A stretch of DNA of 63,973 nt, counting the filler, from Reclinomonas americana ATCC 50394 (taxonomy: Eukaryota), in assembly GCA_048213135.1 (NCBI GenBank). It is 18 parts of 18 records of this genome, joined end to end, with 100 filler letters (N's around TTAATTAATTAA, not from the genome) between each part and the next. Parts side by side here need not be neighbours in the genome. Positions count along the whole stretch, not along the records: positions 13,233 to 21,760 come from AFZH01018880.1; positions 21,861 to 24,629 come from AFZH01018881.1; positions 24,730 to 29,410 come from AFZH01018882.1; positions 29,511 to 32,629 come from AFZH01018883.1; 14 more parts are not named here. One strand, 5' to 3'. The notes below the pieces were generated by a model. That model had not been told where the DNA came from, did no database searches, and saw only the letters and a program-made list of their open reading frames with translations. The position numbers and the translations under genes are program-made. Position 1 is the stretch's first letter; the number at the start of each line of letters is the position of its first letter. Shown here one piece after another: positions 13,325-32,500 of the stretch.

Positions 13325-14162
13325 CCTTCACCAAACACGCACCTGAATGAACATTCTCGCCATGAAAAACTCAATCGGTTCTGTCAACCACTTTGACGAC
13401 GGAGGTGCCTCGTGTGCGCGAAAGTTCGGCGCACTCATTGCTCCCACAGATAAGGAGGAAGACAAGGAGGAGGAAGACGATGCCATGAGAGAGACACACA
13501 GAGTGCGCGCTCTCCACGAGCGCGCGCGAATGAAAAGAGTGGGACGAAATGGTCGTGTCCCGCAGAAACAGATGCGTGTGCGCGCGCGCGTGTGTGTGTG
13601 TGTGTGTATGTGTGTGTTTGTGTGTGTGTGACTCGCTGTCTGTGTAATGGGCGCAGCTGCAGCATGAGATGCAGAGAAAACGTCGACGTCGTACGTTGCA
13701 TTTTGCAGTTGTCTGTGTGCAACTCTGTAGGGTTTTACGACAAGCGTAGTGCCAGTTTAAGGGGTGTGTGTGTGTGTGGCGCAACAGAGAGCAGCGCGTT
13801 TTCCACTGCACTGCTTGCGACGTCGGCTTGTCCTAAGGAGAGGGCAACAAACCGTGTCGTGCGAGCATGAGGTGCGTTGTTGGTGCTGGATCTCTCTCTC
13901 TCTCTCTCTATGTGTGTGTGTGTGCATTCATTGCTTTCTTCTCGCTCTCTCCTTCCTCCGTCTCAAGTCAAGTTTCGTTGTCACGCAGTTGATCTCGCGG
14001 AGTGAACGCTTTCTGCAGCGCACAGCAGGTTTGTGTCACATAAGAGTATATGTGTGTGTGTGAGAGAGAGAGAGAGACGACAAGCGCGCAGGCCACGGGA
14101 CACACTCACTGTACTTGTGTAAACAAAGATCGCAGTCACACTTCGTTGTCGTGTGAGAACTC

Positions 14163-20496
<6,334 letters not shown>

Positions 20497-20798
20497 TGAG
20501 AAGTAAACAATGCAGCAGCAACTGCTGTCGCTTGTAGATTCTGCCCGCAGTAATTTAGGCGAGTGATGTGAAGATTAAGTCAACAACTTCGACGTCGGCG
20601 CTGACCGATTGATGCCTGCAAGTGGAGTCTGGTGAGTGCACGCTGCTAGCGTTCAGAGGATGGAGCACGCACTGCTGCAGCTGCAAGCGTGCAATCCAGT
20701 CGACGACGTCGTTTGCATTGTTCCGCGCAGGACAGACTTGTCTCGGCGTGCGGAAGAAGTGACAAGAGAAGAAGAAGAAGAAAGCGTGTCGTGCGACC

Positions 20799-21760
20799 AT
20801 GAGGTGCGTCGTTGGTGTTGAAACGCTCGTGCGTGTGTGTGCATTCGCTCTTCGTTGATTTCATCTCGCTCTCTCCTTCCGTCTCTCTCTCCTGTCCCCC
20901 TCTCTCCCTCTCTCCCTTGCATGGCCATTGATGTTCCTTTTTTTGTCGGCAGCGCTCCTCCTCCACCCGAGAGGGAGGAAGGCTGGGAGATGGGTCAGCG
21001 TGGTGATGTGCAAGCACTTCGCGCGTTGGTGGCGTGTGAAGGCGCACAGTCACTGCTGAAGAGAACGGAGATGGACGATGATGTGTGGTCGGCGTTTCAC
21101 TGTGCTGCTTCCAGAGGCCTCCTCGCTGTGCTGGAGTACCTGTGGGAGGAGAGTGGCATCGGCCTGCAACTCGCGCACATGGCCGACAACAGTGACTGCA
21201 CGCCGTTGATGACAGCGGCATACAATGGGCGACAGCAAGTGGTGGAGTGGCTGCTGGCCGATGAGCGACGATGCAATGTGTGGGCGGTCACCAATGATCG
21301 CGATAGCAATTCGTGGTCCACGGCACTTCATTACGCCGCCGTCGAAGGCCACATTGATGTTGTGCGACTGCTGGCCTCTCGCTATACTGGCCTCATTCCA
21401 ATGGTCGACAAAGAGGGCAAGACAGCAGCTCAATTGGCTCGCGGCAAGGACCACTTGGAAGTCGCCGAGTTGCTAGAGCGCCTCGCAGCGCAGCTCCCAG
21501 GTGGGTCTCCTGCTTCTCGACTCGCATGTGCTTCTCTCTCACTCAATTTATCGTGTTGCGCAGAGGCACGACAACAGGTGAGACTGATCCTCTTGTCTCA
21601 CTTGTGCGAGTCCATAGTGTTCGCTGAAGTTAAACATCAGGTTGCTGACAAGGACGCCCTCGCTGCCCACCTTCGACTTGGCGCCGACGTGCATCAACAA
21701 CAACGGTGCGTCAGGCTGTGTGTCGACAGTATTCCTCTTCTCATATCTCGCTGATGTGTG
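20799..21760 (+). CDS. Tandem paralog of the ankyrin-module gene (start exon, first ANK module, linker exons), truncated by a gap
   Basis: ATGAG|GT at 20799, ANK exon 20953-21500, and the same 14-nt and 65-nt linker exons as gene 1. Confidence 0.85.
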
Positions 21761-22648
21761 NNNNNNNNNNNNNNNNNNNNNNNNNNNNNNNNNNNNNNNN
21801 NNNNTTAATTAATTAANNNNNNNNNNNNNNNNNNNNNNNNNNNNNNNNNNNNNNNNNNNNGGGAGAAGAGGGGGAAGAAGGGGAGGGGAGGGGGAGGGTG
21901 GAAAAGAGAGGGGGGAGGGAGGAGAGAAGGAGAGGGTGAGAAAGTGAAGGACAATAGAGAGAGAGGAGGAGGAGGAGGAGGAGGAGAAGGAAAAGGTGAA
22001 AGAACGAAGAGAGAATAAGGAAGAAGAACAAAGGAGAAACAAATAACAAATGCGAGCAGCCAATGCCAGACTGCATTGTCGGGTGTGTGCAACTGGAAGA
22101 CTGCAAAGAGTCACAGGCAACAGAGAGACAAAGAAAGCATATATGTGTGTGAGAGAGAGAGCGCGCGCAGAAAAAGAGAAGAGGCACCCCAGAAGGAAAA
22201 AGTGAGCAAAACAGACCGTAAAGAACAACAAGATAAACAAGATAAGAACAGATGAAGTCATCGATCGACAACGTGCGACATGATGCAAGTGGTGAAACCG
22301 AAGGGAGGCACGATGGAGCGACAGACTGAAATTAAGGCAAAGTGCAACTGGAAGACTACAAAGAGCGATGGATGAGAGACATACAAGAGACAAGCAAAGA
22401 GTGAGAGAGAGAGAGAAGGGAAAACGTACACGCAACAAACCGTGAGAGAAACAGAGTATTGATGAGAGCTAGAACAGCATCGCAACGAAAGAGAAGTGAG
22501 GGAACCGGGGAGGACAGAGAGAGAGAGAGAGAGAGCTCGAACCCGCTGTGTCTCTTACTGTCTTCTCCGTACTTCGAGTCCTTTGATTTCGCTCTCTCTC
22601 TTTCTCTCTCGCTGAGTCCTCATGACCATTGAGTGCCGTTCCACTCAC

Positions 22649-23402
22649 CGCTCACGACACTGCTTGCCTATTCTACCAGGCAGCTCCGCCGCCAACTTGC
22701 TCCACCGCCGAGCGCCGTGCTCCGTCACCAGCATACGCAGTTTCTCGTCCTCTTCTGGGGTCCACAGCCCTGCCCGACGAAAAACAAGGATTTGAGTGAC
22801 GTTTGTGGGACGTGGAATCGCCGACACGCGCACTCACCGCGGACATAATCGCGCGATTCCTGCTTTCCCGGCTGCTTGGTGTCTCGATATCCAGGCGACA
22901 ACTCCGCGGATCGGCCAGGTGAACTGAAGCCCGACATGTCAGACAGCGGCGAGGTGCTGCGAGGCGACGGGCCACCCGAGGCCGCACCCGGTGGCTGTGC
23001 ACGGAGAAGGAAGTGAACAGTGAGCACGAACGTACGTGGAGAATCAAAAAGAAGGCTTTCGTACGCAACAGCCAAAAACTGCGGCATCATCAGCGGTGGA
23101 ACCCACATGCCGTTACCACCGCCACCTCCGCCACCGCCACCACCGGCGTAGCCCACGCCGAGATGCGGCGCACTTCCTGGCGCAGAGTACATTGGCGTGG
23201 CATTCGGGCTCGGCAGCGAGACGCTCAATAGATCGCCACCCATGGCACTGTACATTGGATACGCCTGTGAACGGATGGCGGCATACTGTTGTTGCTGTTG
23301 TTGCTGCTGCTGCTGTAGGTAGTAGGCGGATTGAGGATTGCTGTAGGGTGATGAGACGGGAGAGACTGCGGCGGCTGATGGCGAGAGGCGCGAAGCAAGC
23401 AT
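22649..23402 (-). CDS. c-Myb/R2R3-type Myb transcription factor (partial)
   Basis: GLWTPEEDEKLRMLVTEHGARRWSKLAAELPGRIGKQCRER is a canonical Myb repeat, preceded by a Q/S/P-rich region. Downstream exons were not found before the gap. Confidence 0.9.
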
Positions 23403-24362
23403 TGGGTCCTGCGGGAGGGAGTGAGCGATGAGAACTAGTTCTGTATCTAACGCGCCACACCGAACTGTCTGAAACACACGGTGAATCGGCAACAAGTCAA
23501 ACCCGCCAATGAGCACACACACGCCATTCTCGCACCCCACACACAACATAAACATACACACACAGACACGCGAAAGAACACACGATATGAGCACTGTCAC
23601 TTGGTGATGGATGAAGCGGACATACTCCACAGAGAGATGCTCACGTGCGACGGATTAAGCACAAACTCGGCGACGCCAATTGTTGGAATGAAGCACAGAA
23701 AAGAAAGAAACACACTCAATGTGAAGCAGTGCACGTGCGTGTGTGGCGAGAGAGAGAGAGAGCACGGGCGGAGATGACTGATGATTACAAACCCCCAAAC
23801 TGTGTCCGATCGCTCATTTGCCACTCAGTCGCATGCTCTCACACACAACACAACAAAAAGCACACTGGCATTCACATGCACACAAGCTCACACAAAGCGC
23901 AAACAACAGCGCGCGCTCAAGCAACCCGCAAAATACACACTACTGTGTCTCTTTCACACACGCGCGCGCACAGAGACGCACACACACGCACAGAAAAGGA
24001 GATACACGCGCACACAGAGAGCACATGAGCGCATGAGCGTGTGAGAGCGAAAGGCGGAGATGCTGATATGCGAACCGACAGAGGCACACATAATGTGTAA
24101 ACAGAACCCACATGCAAAGTGCGAGTGGGAGAGCGCATGAGAGCGCGCTTGTACGTGCGAGAGTGTGAGAGAAGTGTGCGCGAGTGTGTGCGAGTCAAAA
24201 GACGCAAAGAGGTGATTGATTGAGAATAGAAAGTAGCCGAGTCGCGCGCGCGCTCTCTCTCGCTTCCTGTCTCTCTCTCACACACGCGCGCTCTCCACAC
24301 TCACACTCACTCATTCACACACACACGCGCGCGCAGTGTGCACACTTCAACTCGACTCACCA

Positions 24363-24629
24363 TCATCTTCCCCCACCCTGCTGCTGCTGCTGCTGCGCAT
24401 ACACATCTCCCATCACCACACCACTCATTGCCGCCGCCGCAGCCGCCGCCGCCGATGCCGGCGACACAGGCGCAGAGACGTGTGTCGGCGACGCGCCGGC
24501 ATGCTGCTGCACTAGCGCGCCCTCCGACGCCAACAACGCCAGCATGCGCTGCTGATGCTCGTGCGTCGGACTGAACTGGATGAGCACCGTGGGAGGCGGC
24601 AGTGGCGGGGAGGTCGGTGGTGGACTGGC
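24363..24629 (-). CDS. 3' end of a low-complexity (A/Q-rich) hypothetical protein
   Basis: Open frame from the gap to TGA at 24363 (...HQQRMLALLASEG...YAQQQQQQGGGR*). No domain recognised. Confidence 0.4.
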   Translation of the reverse strand, partial: ASPPPTSPPLPPPTVLIQFSPTHEHQQRMLALLASEGALVQQHAGASPTHVSAPVSPASAAAAAAAAMSGVVMGDVYAQQQQQQGGGR

Positions 24630-24903
24630 NNNNNNNNNNNNNNNNNNNNNNNNNNNNNNNNNNNNNNNNNNNNTTAATTAATTAANNNNNNNNNNNNNNN
24701 NNNNNNNNNNNNNNNNNNNNNNNNNNNNNGTGCTGGGCGAAGGCCGCGGGGCATAGAAACGAGTGCGTACGAGCGGTCGAACGCGCGCACGCAGAGAGAC
24801 AGCGCAGAGCGCTACGTATACGCGCGAGAGAGGACAGAGAGAAAATTGAGTGCACGGCAGCATGGAGAGGCAATCTGAGATTGTGTTGTTTGGATTAGTA
24901 AAC

Positions 24904-24934
<31 letters not shown>

Positions 24935-25301
24935 GGAGCGTGCGGCCGTCTCACGCTGCATGCGCACCGTCCCACTCAACAGCTCGACTGGTCCGGATAC
25001 CGCGAGAATATTTGTCACGCCCCTATTTGTCCACATTCACCACATTCGTGTCGCGTTGCCAGCAAAGAGGCAAGCAGTGGGAGACTCTGTTCTTGCTTTT
25101 TCTCTCTCTCTCTCTCTCTCCCAAGCGCGCGCGGCAGCATCTTCTGCCGCACACGTTCAACCGTCCCTGCAGATCTAGACAACTGCTAGCTGGTCATTTG
25201 TGCGTACGCCCGCGTAGTTTCCCTCGCAACAAGACCACCTGCGCTCACCTTTGCCTTCTCATGTGTGTACAGCAGTGCGCACGACGCTGGCAGAGACAAG
25301 C

Positions 25302-28300
25302 ATGTCGTCACGATTGCCTCTTGTCCGCGCGCGCCATGGACATGGCGGCCGGCGCCACTCGAGCTCCCGCGCAGTGCTGATGTGCCTCCTCGTCGCACTG
25401 CTGTGGCTGTCGGTCTTGTGCAGCACAGCTGCAGCAGCAGCCACAAGTAAGTGGAAGAGCACACACACACGCACCACACACCGCACACACTCTGCAGTTT
25501 CTTTGGAGAGCGCACTCTCCTGAGAATTTTTCTGTTGCAACAGCACCCACTATCGCGCTCTCTCTCTCTCTGTCCCTCGCGCTGTTGGAGTCTCTCAAGT
25601 GCGCGACATGTGTGCGTGTCTCTCTGATGAGAGTGCACCAACAGCGCGCACCGTGCAGCTTGTGCAGTGTCATGCAGAATAAGAGATGACCGTTTGCGCA
25701 CATTCGTACCCAAGTCACTGCTTCCCCTTTTTCTTCTCTGTTGTCTGTCCTCTCCATTTTGGCAGTGTGCAGGTGCCATGTATTTGTTTATTCTTTCCTT
25801 CTCTTTGTTTTGCACGCGCGCGCGGCTTGTAACAGGTGGAGAGGCCCCACACAATGCAAACTCATTTTTCGCGCCAAATTTCTCTCTCTCTCTCTCTCTT
25901 GTCATCGCAGCCCTCTTTCCGAGCAACATTGCCATCAAGGCCGGCACCGCTGGCCAGATCGTCGACATCAATGTCGCTGGTTCGGCCATTGCCTGGTCGA
26001 CTGCCTCCACTGCCACTCTCTTCCTCGACCGCGCGTGCACGGGCGTGTCGCCGACCACTGTCGTCGTCTCCAACTCTGCTGCCTCGCTCACCTTCAACGC
26101 ATCGGGTGATGGCAACGGTGGTGAGCGCTACCTGTGCATCGATGTGGACGGTGCGGGCACGGCCACACACAACGAGTTTGTGGCCACTGTGTTTGTCTGT
26201 TGCGTCTCCCACTCTTACCCGGCCGTGATCATCATCATGTCTCCGTCATTGACTCTCTCCCTCTCCCTCCCTCCCTCCCTCCCTCCCTCCCTCCCTCCCC
26301 CCCCCCTTTCCACCACCACCATGCAGATGCCATTGGCACTCAGCTGACCAAGACGCCGCAACTCGTGAACGGTCTCGCCGACTTTCGCTTCAAGGCCACT
26401 GGGCAGCACTTTGCCAATCGTGAACTGGGCGCTGGTGGCGCGTTTGGCCTGTACTCGGCCGCGGATTGCAGTGGATCGCCGGCACCAAACTCGAGCGTGA
26501 CTCCGCAGGCCAGCGATCCGGCCGGTCTGTACGTTGACTTCTCGGTGGCCACTGGCGCTTCGTTTGCGCAGGGCGCTCTGGGTGTGACGGCCGCCGGCTC
26601 CTGCAAGCTGGTGACGCCGGGCGTGTATTATCTGTGTGGCAAGTTGCGTCGTGGTTGCTGGGGGAGGATGAAAGAGAGTGTCATCATCCAAGTGTTCTGC
26701 ACCGTGCCACCTCCTGTATGGCGTGTATTGGCGTGTGCCTGGCTCTCTTGCATCTTCATTCTCGCAGTTCTCGCTGTGTCGGCGTTTCTGTTTTAGTGTC
26801 CCTTCCTCTCTTCTCTCTCTTCTCATCACTCATCTCCCTCCCGCCCTCTCTCTCCCCCCTCCGTCGTCTCTCATCGTCTCCTTTCCCCTTTGTCAGGTTC
26901 CAGGCCGGCGGCACCGCCGTGTACCGCCTGCAGCCCCTCCCACTCATCGTGACCGCCGCCTCCTCAACGCCAGCAATCTCCTTTGCTGCTCCACCCGTAC
27001 TCAAGTACGGCAGCGCCAACTCAATTGTTGTTGGCTCATCGGCTTACAACCTCACCGACTGCACGAGCTTCAAGTTGGTTCCGGCCGGCGCCGACTGCGC
27101 CACTCTGTCGGATTACTCGACACTGTCCGGAAGTATCGGTGCGGTATTTGTGGGTGCCGGTGCCGACACCTGCCAGTTCATAACTGGTTGTCGCCTGTAC
27201 CGCGCGACCATCACTCCGAATGGATCGAGTGGCGGCGGTGCCTACAAACTGTGTGTGGCGGCCAACAACGGACCGTACGTGTCGGCTGGAGAGTCATTTG
27301 CCTCTGGCTTCATGACTGTCGGTGGCCTCAGCCCGCGTGGCCCGATGCCCACGTCGACTCCGTTGGCCGCTGACGACATCGACAACGGCCCTGCCACCGC
27401 CAAGCCGACCTTGTCAACACTGGCAGTGACGGCAACCACGATCCAGTTCACCTTCGCTCGCGAGTTCTTCCGCCGTCCGCGCGTGTTGCTCGGCTTTGCC
27501 AGTGTCGGTAGCCAGCAGCCTGCTGGCCCAATTTCCACCCTGGCCAACGAACCGACCGACGGCACGTTCGCATTCTGTGCGGAGCCGGTGGTGACGGTGG
27601 CGAAGCTATCGACTCGCTGCCATGGCGTGTCGACTGACGGCCAGCCGGGACCCACCATCACACTGAGTTGCGTTCACTACGATGAAGGACAAGGAATTGA
27701 AGTGTGACTCATCATCCTCTCTCCACTTTGCTGCACATGCAGGCTACTTGGCGTACTATGTGCACCACACCAATGCCCTGTCGATGGATGGTCAGCGCAC
27801 GCTGACAAGCAAGGCGTGGTTGACGGATGCGGTGAACAAGAACAGCTCGACTGTTGCGTGTTTTGTTTGAGCCGTCGTCGCTTGCGCCTCCCTCAGACAA
27901 CTTAATCGCTGTCTTCCACTCGTGCGCAGTTGGTGAGCGTGTCATCCGCGTACCAGTTTGCATCGGTGCCAGCCATTCCTGTGGCCGTCATCGGTCTGCA
28001 ATCAATTCGCCAGTCGAGTGTGAGCGATGATGGTCGCGTTCGAGGCGACAACATTTCGGTGACAAGCAACGCAGCTTCGCGCTCCAGTTTCGTGATCAAG
28101 GGAACAGTGAGTGGCGACTCGCGCATGGAGGCAGTGTCTGCGCGCTTCGCTGTGGCACCGACACGCCCCGACAACACCAACAACAGCGGATTCGTCATGC
28201 TGTCGGGAGGTGCGTTCTCATCTCCCCTTTTGTTGGAGAGGCATCTTGTCGTCTCTTTGTCTGACCCTTTGCGTGTGGCGCAGAGACGACGCACACCAGC

Positions 28301-29410
28301 AGCACGACGACGCAGACAGCCAGTCTGGTGACGCCGTCGACTCCCAACGGCCTGCTGCGTGCCACCATCAGCGTGCAGCTGTTTCTGCGCGGCTGGAAGT
28401 CGTCTGCAATCACCGTGCAGAACCGCATCGACAAGCAGTCGCTGCAGTTCACCACCAAGCGCCTCGGCAACGAGGACTATGTGACGGCGATCTCATACAG
28501 CGCCAGCGGGGCAGACGCATCCGACATTGAGTACGTGACGTGGGTGGCGATTGGTCGTGCGGCGCAAGGCGCACCGATCTCGTGCCCTGCCGGCTACAGC
28601 GGCTCCAACTGCGGCGTGTGCACGCTGCCCGACGGTACCACGACGTGTTCACTGAACCGTCGTGCGGTGCTGAGCTGTGCCTATGGCACCACTCAGATTG
28701 TTGCCGAGTGTGCCGAGGGTCGCGAGTGCTTCGAGGCGTACGGCTCCGCGCAATGCGGATGCTCGCCGTTGGGTGCCGAGTGCTCGACTGGTGGTGACTG
28801 CTGCACGGGCAGCTGTGCCTCTGGCATGTGTGCTCCAGCGTGTATTGCGAATGGCAACACTTGCTCAACCGACGACGAGTGCTGCTCCGATAACTGTGCG
28901 CTCGGCACATGTGAGTCGACGTGCAACCCCGCCACCACGTGCTCGGGTCATGGAACATGCAAGAGTGACGGTACGTGTCAGTGCGATGCTGACTATTACG
29001 GCGCATCATGCAACGTGAACTGTGTGGCGGCCACGACGTGCTCTGGACACGGAACTTGCCAGAGTGACGGCACTTGCCTTTGCACTGGCGACTACACCAA
29101 TGCCAGCTGCAGCTGCAGTCCCACTGCCACCTGCTCGGGCAACGGAACGTGCAAGAGTGATGGTACATGCCAGTGCACGGGCGACTACACGAATGCCAAT
29201 TGCAACTGCAGCCCGACCACCACCTGCTCGGGCAACGGAACGTGCAAGACTGACGGCACATGCCAGTGCACTGGCGACTACACCAATGCCAGCTGCAACT
29301 GCAGTCCCACTGCGACATGCTCCGGCCACGGAACATGCCAGAGTGACGGCACATGTCTGTGCACTGGCGACTACACCAATGCCAGCTGCAACTGCAGTCC
29401 CACCACTACG
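25302..29410 (+). CDS. Secreted/surface protein with H-type lectin-like domains, Cys-rich knot-like repeats and tandem EGF-like repeats; 3' truncated
   Basis: Hydrophobic signal LMCLLVALLWLSVLCSTAAAA. H-lectin-like segments IQFTFAREFFRRPRVLLGF...ITLSYLA, YQFASVPAIPVAVIGL...SRSSFVI and IEYVTWVAIG. CIANGNTCSTDDECCSDNC motifs and repeated CSGHGTC..DGTC.C EGF units. Confidence 0.8.
28920..29410 (+). repeat. Coding tandem repeat, 93-bp unit in the 3' copies (31-aa EGF-like CSPTATCSGNGTCKSDGTCQCTGDYTNANCN)
   Basis: About five similar units running into the assembly gap. Confidence 0.9.
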
Positions 29411-29524
29411 NNNNNNNNNNNNNNNNNNNNNNNNNNNNNNNNNNNNNNNNNNNNTTAATTAATTAANNNNNNNNNNNNNNNNNNNNNNNNNNNNNNNNNN
29501 NNNNNNNNNNAGTTACTGGCTGCC

Positions 29525-32500
29525 TCAGTCTTCGTTGGAGAACACGTCAGCATTCTGTGCCGTGTAGTCCGTATCAATGGCCAGACAGTGAGTGCAGGCG
29601 TACCGCACTTTTTCGGTGAGAATCTCCCGCGTTGAGTATCTCGGTAGCGTGATGGAGAAGAAGCATGTGGCGGCCGTTGGCAAAGAGTCATCTGCAAGCA
29701 AACAGAAAGCACATGAGCAACACGACCGTGTGACACACAGGAGATGCCAGAAGAAATCACCTCGTTGTGCGCCACGCTTGAACATAAAGTTCCGCGAAGC
29801 GTACTTGGGCAGGCGTGCCATACCAGACACGAAGCGCAAGAACATGGAGCGCTCGCGAGGCGTGAACGACTCGAGTGCCTGGAACAGCCACTGGATTTGG
29901 TCGGATTCGGCAGTGTAGCCTTCGTACGACGCTCGCTCCTTCAGCACCGCCACTTCGAAATCTGGTCGGCCGCAAATGCTCGCCTCCAGCTCATCCCACG
30001 TGTACATGGAAAGCACGGACGAGGGAATGACCTCCAGCAGACCGTCGCGAATGGCAGCCACTTGCCTGCTCGACTCGGAGAGCCGTGCACGCTCGTACAA
30101 CAGGGCCCATTCCATGCAATTCTCGGCACTGTCGCACATGTGAGATACCGACACACACGCCAACCACATCGCAGCAAAGCCACGGCAGAAAAACGCAACG
30201 TCACGCGAATCTCCGAGCCTCCGTCGCGCAACTCGCGAGTCGAACCGTCAGACAGCGCCACGGCAAAGGTGAGGTCCGTGGAGCCGACCAATGGCGACGC
30301 TTGCGAGAGACGATCCAAGTTTTGCGCCGCACGGAAGTCGCACAGTGCCAAGTCGGCACGAGTAAGCGCCTCGCCGACCTGTGACATGTGCAACACAATG
30401 ACACTCAGTATCAAGAAACACAGACGGCGACAAAAACTAGGAGACACGCACCAGCTGCTTCCAAACAACAGGATTGATGCGCAGGCTGAGGCAGTCGTTT
30501 GTTCGCATTGCCAGACCCATGAGTTTGCCGAGGAAGCGGAACATGCGCAGGTGATACTCGGTGCACGCTGAAGGGCGCACGACCATGGTCTCGCGATGCT
30601 GTCCGACATTATCGGTGCCTGCCATCAAATATGTCAGTCACTTAATCCACGACCAGTGGCAGCACGCGAGATACCATTTGGCGCCTGGCAGAATAGTGGC
30701 ACGGCATCGGACATGAGCTCGTCGGAGATCAGGGCCAAGCATTCGCGGTAGGGACCGCCTGCATCTTCGGCACCTTCGCCCTGGAACTCGACCTTGAACG
30801 ATTTCTCCATGCGCTTCAGTCCCTTGGAGAGCAGCTGCTCCATGCATTGCGCGAAAAGCGAGTTGCGACCGTCGGGGTCGTTGGCCGGATCTGTCATGCA
30901 CCAACACCATGCACGTCAGCAACAACGTCGAGAAACACAAACAAACAATGAGCGCGAGGCAACGTGACTTCTCATGTGTCGCAGAGCGCGCGGTCGATTG
31001 ACACGAATTACTGGTCGCTCGTCCACAGCCGTCTCTCGCAGCACCTTGCTGACAAACTCGGTCTTGACCTTGTCCACGATCAGGTAACGCACAGCGTACG
31101 ACCACAGCTGCGCCGTAGAGTACTGCACCACAGCTGCGAGGATGCCGAAGAATGATGAGCACACTTGACATTCTCTCTCTCACACACACGAAACGACGAG
31201 CACAAACCACTGCCACTTCCGCTGCCGCTGCCGCTGCCACCGTCCTCGTCTGTGGGCGGTGGCAGAACTGACATGGACGACTGCACCGACATGGGGCCTG
31301 CAAACATCGACCAATGAGGAGAGATGCAGACGATGCAGGAGAATGTACGACCCGAACACACCCATGTCCACCGCAGTGACAAACGGCAACAGACTGTTAA
31401 AGTTGAGGTTGAGCTGTCGAATGGACTCGAGATTTTGCATCAGCACTGCATTCGACATCTGCGCGCCATGCGTGAGACACAAGTAATGCCAACTGTGGCG
31501 GCGGCAACACTTGCGCACCTGCTGCAACAGCTGGTGCTCCTCCAGGTCGATCGGCACCTCGTGGATGTTGAGAGCGTCGATCGAGAGATTGCGAGTCGAC
31601 GAGTAGGAACTGATGGTCGACTTGAGGTACGCAAATACCTCCAGCGGGATCCTGCACGTCCGACACGGTCGATGAGTGCATCCACACGAGCAAAGACGGG
31701 GCACACGGGACGGATACACACCTGTAGTCCAGCGGTGTGGTCGAACGTCTTGAAGTCGGCAACTGCAGAGGCACGACAGAATCCGCGACAGCATGCTCGG
31801 CCACCATTGGCGACGGCAGCACGTGGCCAGAGAGGAGGGCCACGCAGAACTTGCGGAATTCGAGCAAGTTTTGCACGGGGTCTGCAAAAGAGCACACACG
31901 TGTCATCACCCCAAATCCACATGCGCTCGACAGAATGGCGGGTGGCGCGTACCATTCTCGACAACACGTGCGATGCTGCGCGACGTCAGCGGCAGATACA
32001 CCACGTCGCGGTTGGCGGCTCCCTCGACCGGACGCACCGCGGCCAGCAGGCCATCGTGGTAGATTCTCTGCACAGTGTGCGGTTCCACCTTGCCGTTGCG
32101 TTCCAAGAACACGGTCTGGAACTGCTTCAGCGATCCAACCTCGATGACTGCAAAAGGGACACAATGTCAGAGAGTGTGCGCTGAACAAGCTGGCATGCTC
32201 AAGTCTGCGCGCACCGTCAACTTCCTCGCGGCACACAGAATCCGGCAACTCACGCGCTCGCAGAATGGCTCGCGCAACGGCATCGCCGCTGGAGGCACGT
32301 ACACCCACTTCGTCGTCCGACTGGCCACACATGACCACGGCTGCATGAAAAAAAATCCCCGCCCACAGCATCAGCTTTCGCTGCAGATAACAACGAGCAT
32401 CAATAATAAAAAGAAGAACTCAACTGTCTTCGATTAGATCGCCAAGCACCGTGTTCGCAGCTGCCTCTCGGATCGACTTTCCAGTTCCCGGCAACTTCCA

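Noticed and set aside
22087..22366. ~24-bp direct repeat GTGCAACTGGAAGACT.CAAAGAG about 255 nt apart
   Set aside because: It lies in low-complexity non-coding sequence with no element structure, so it is probably a local duplication.
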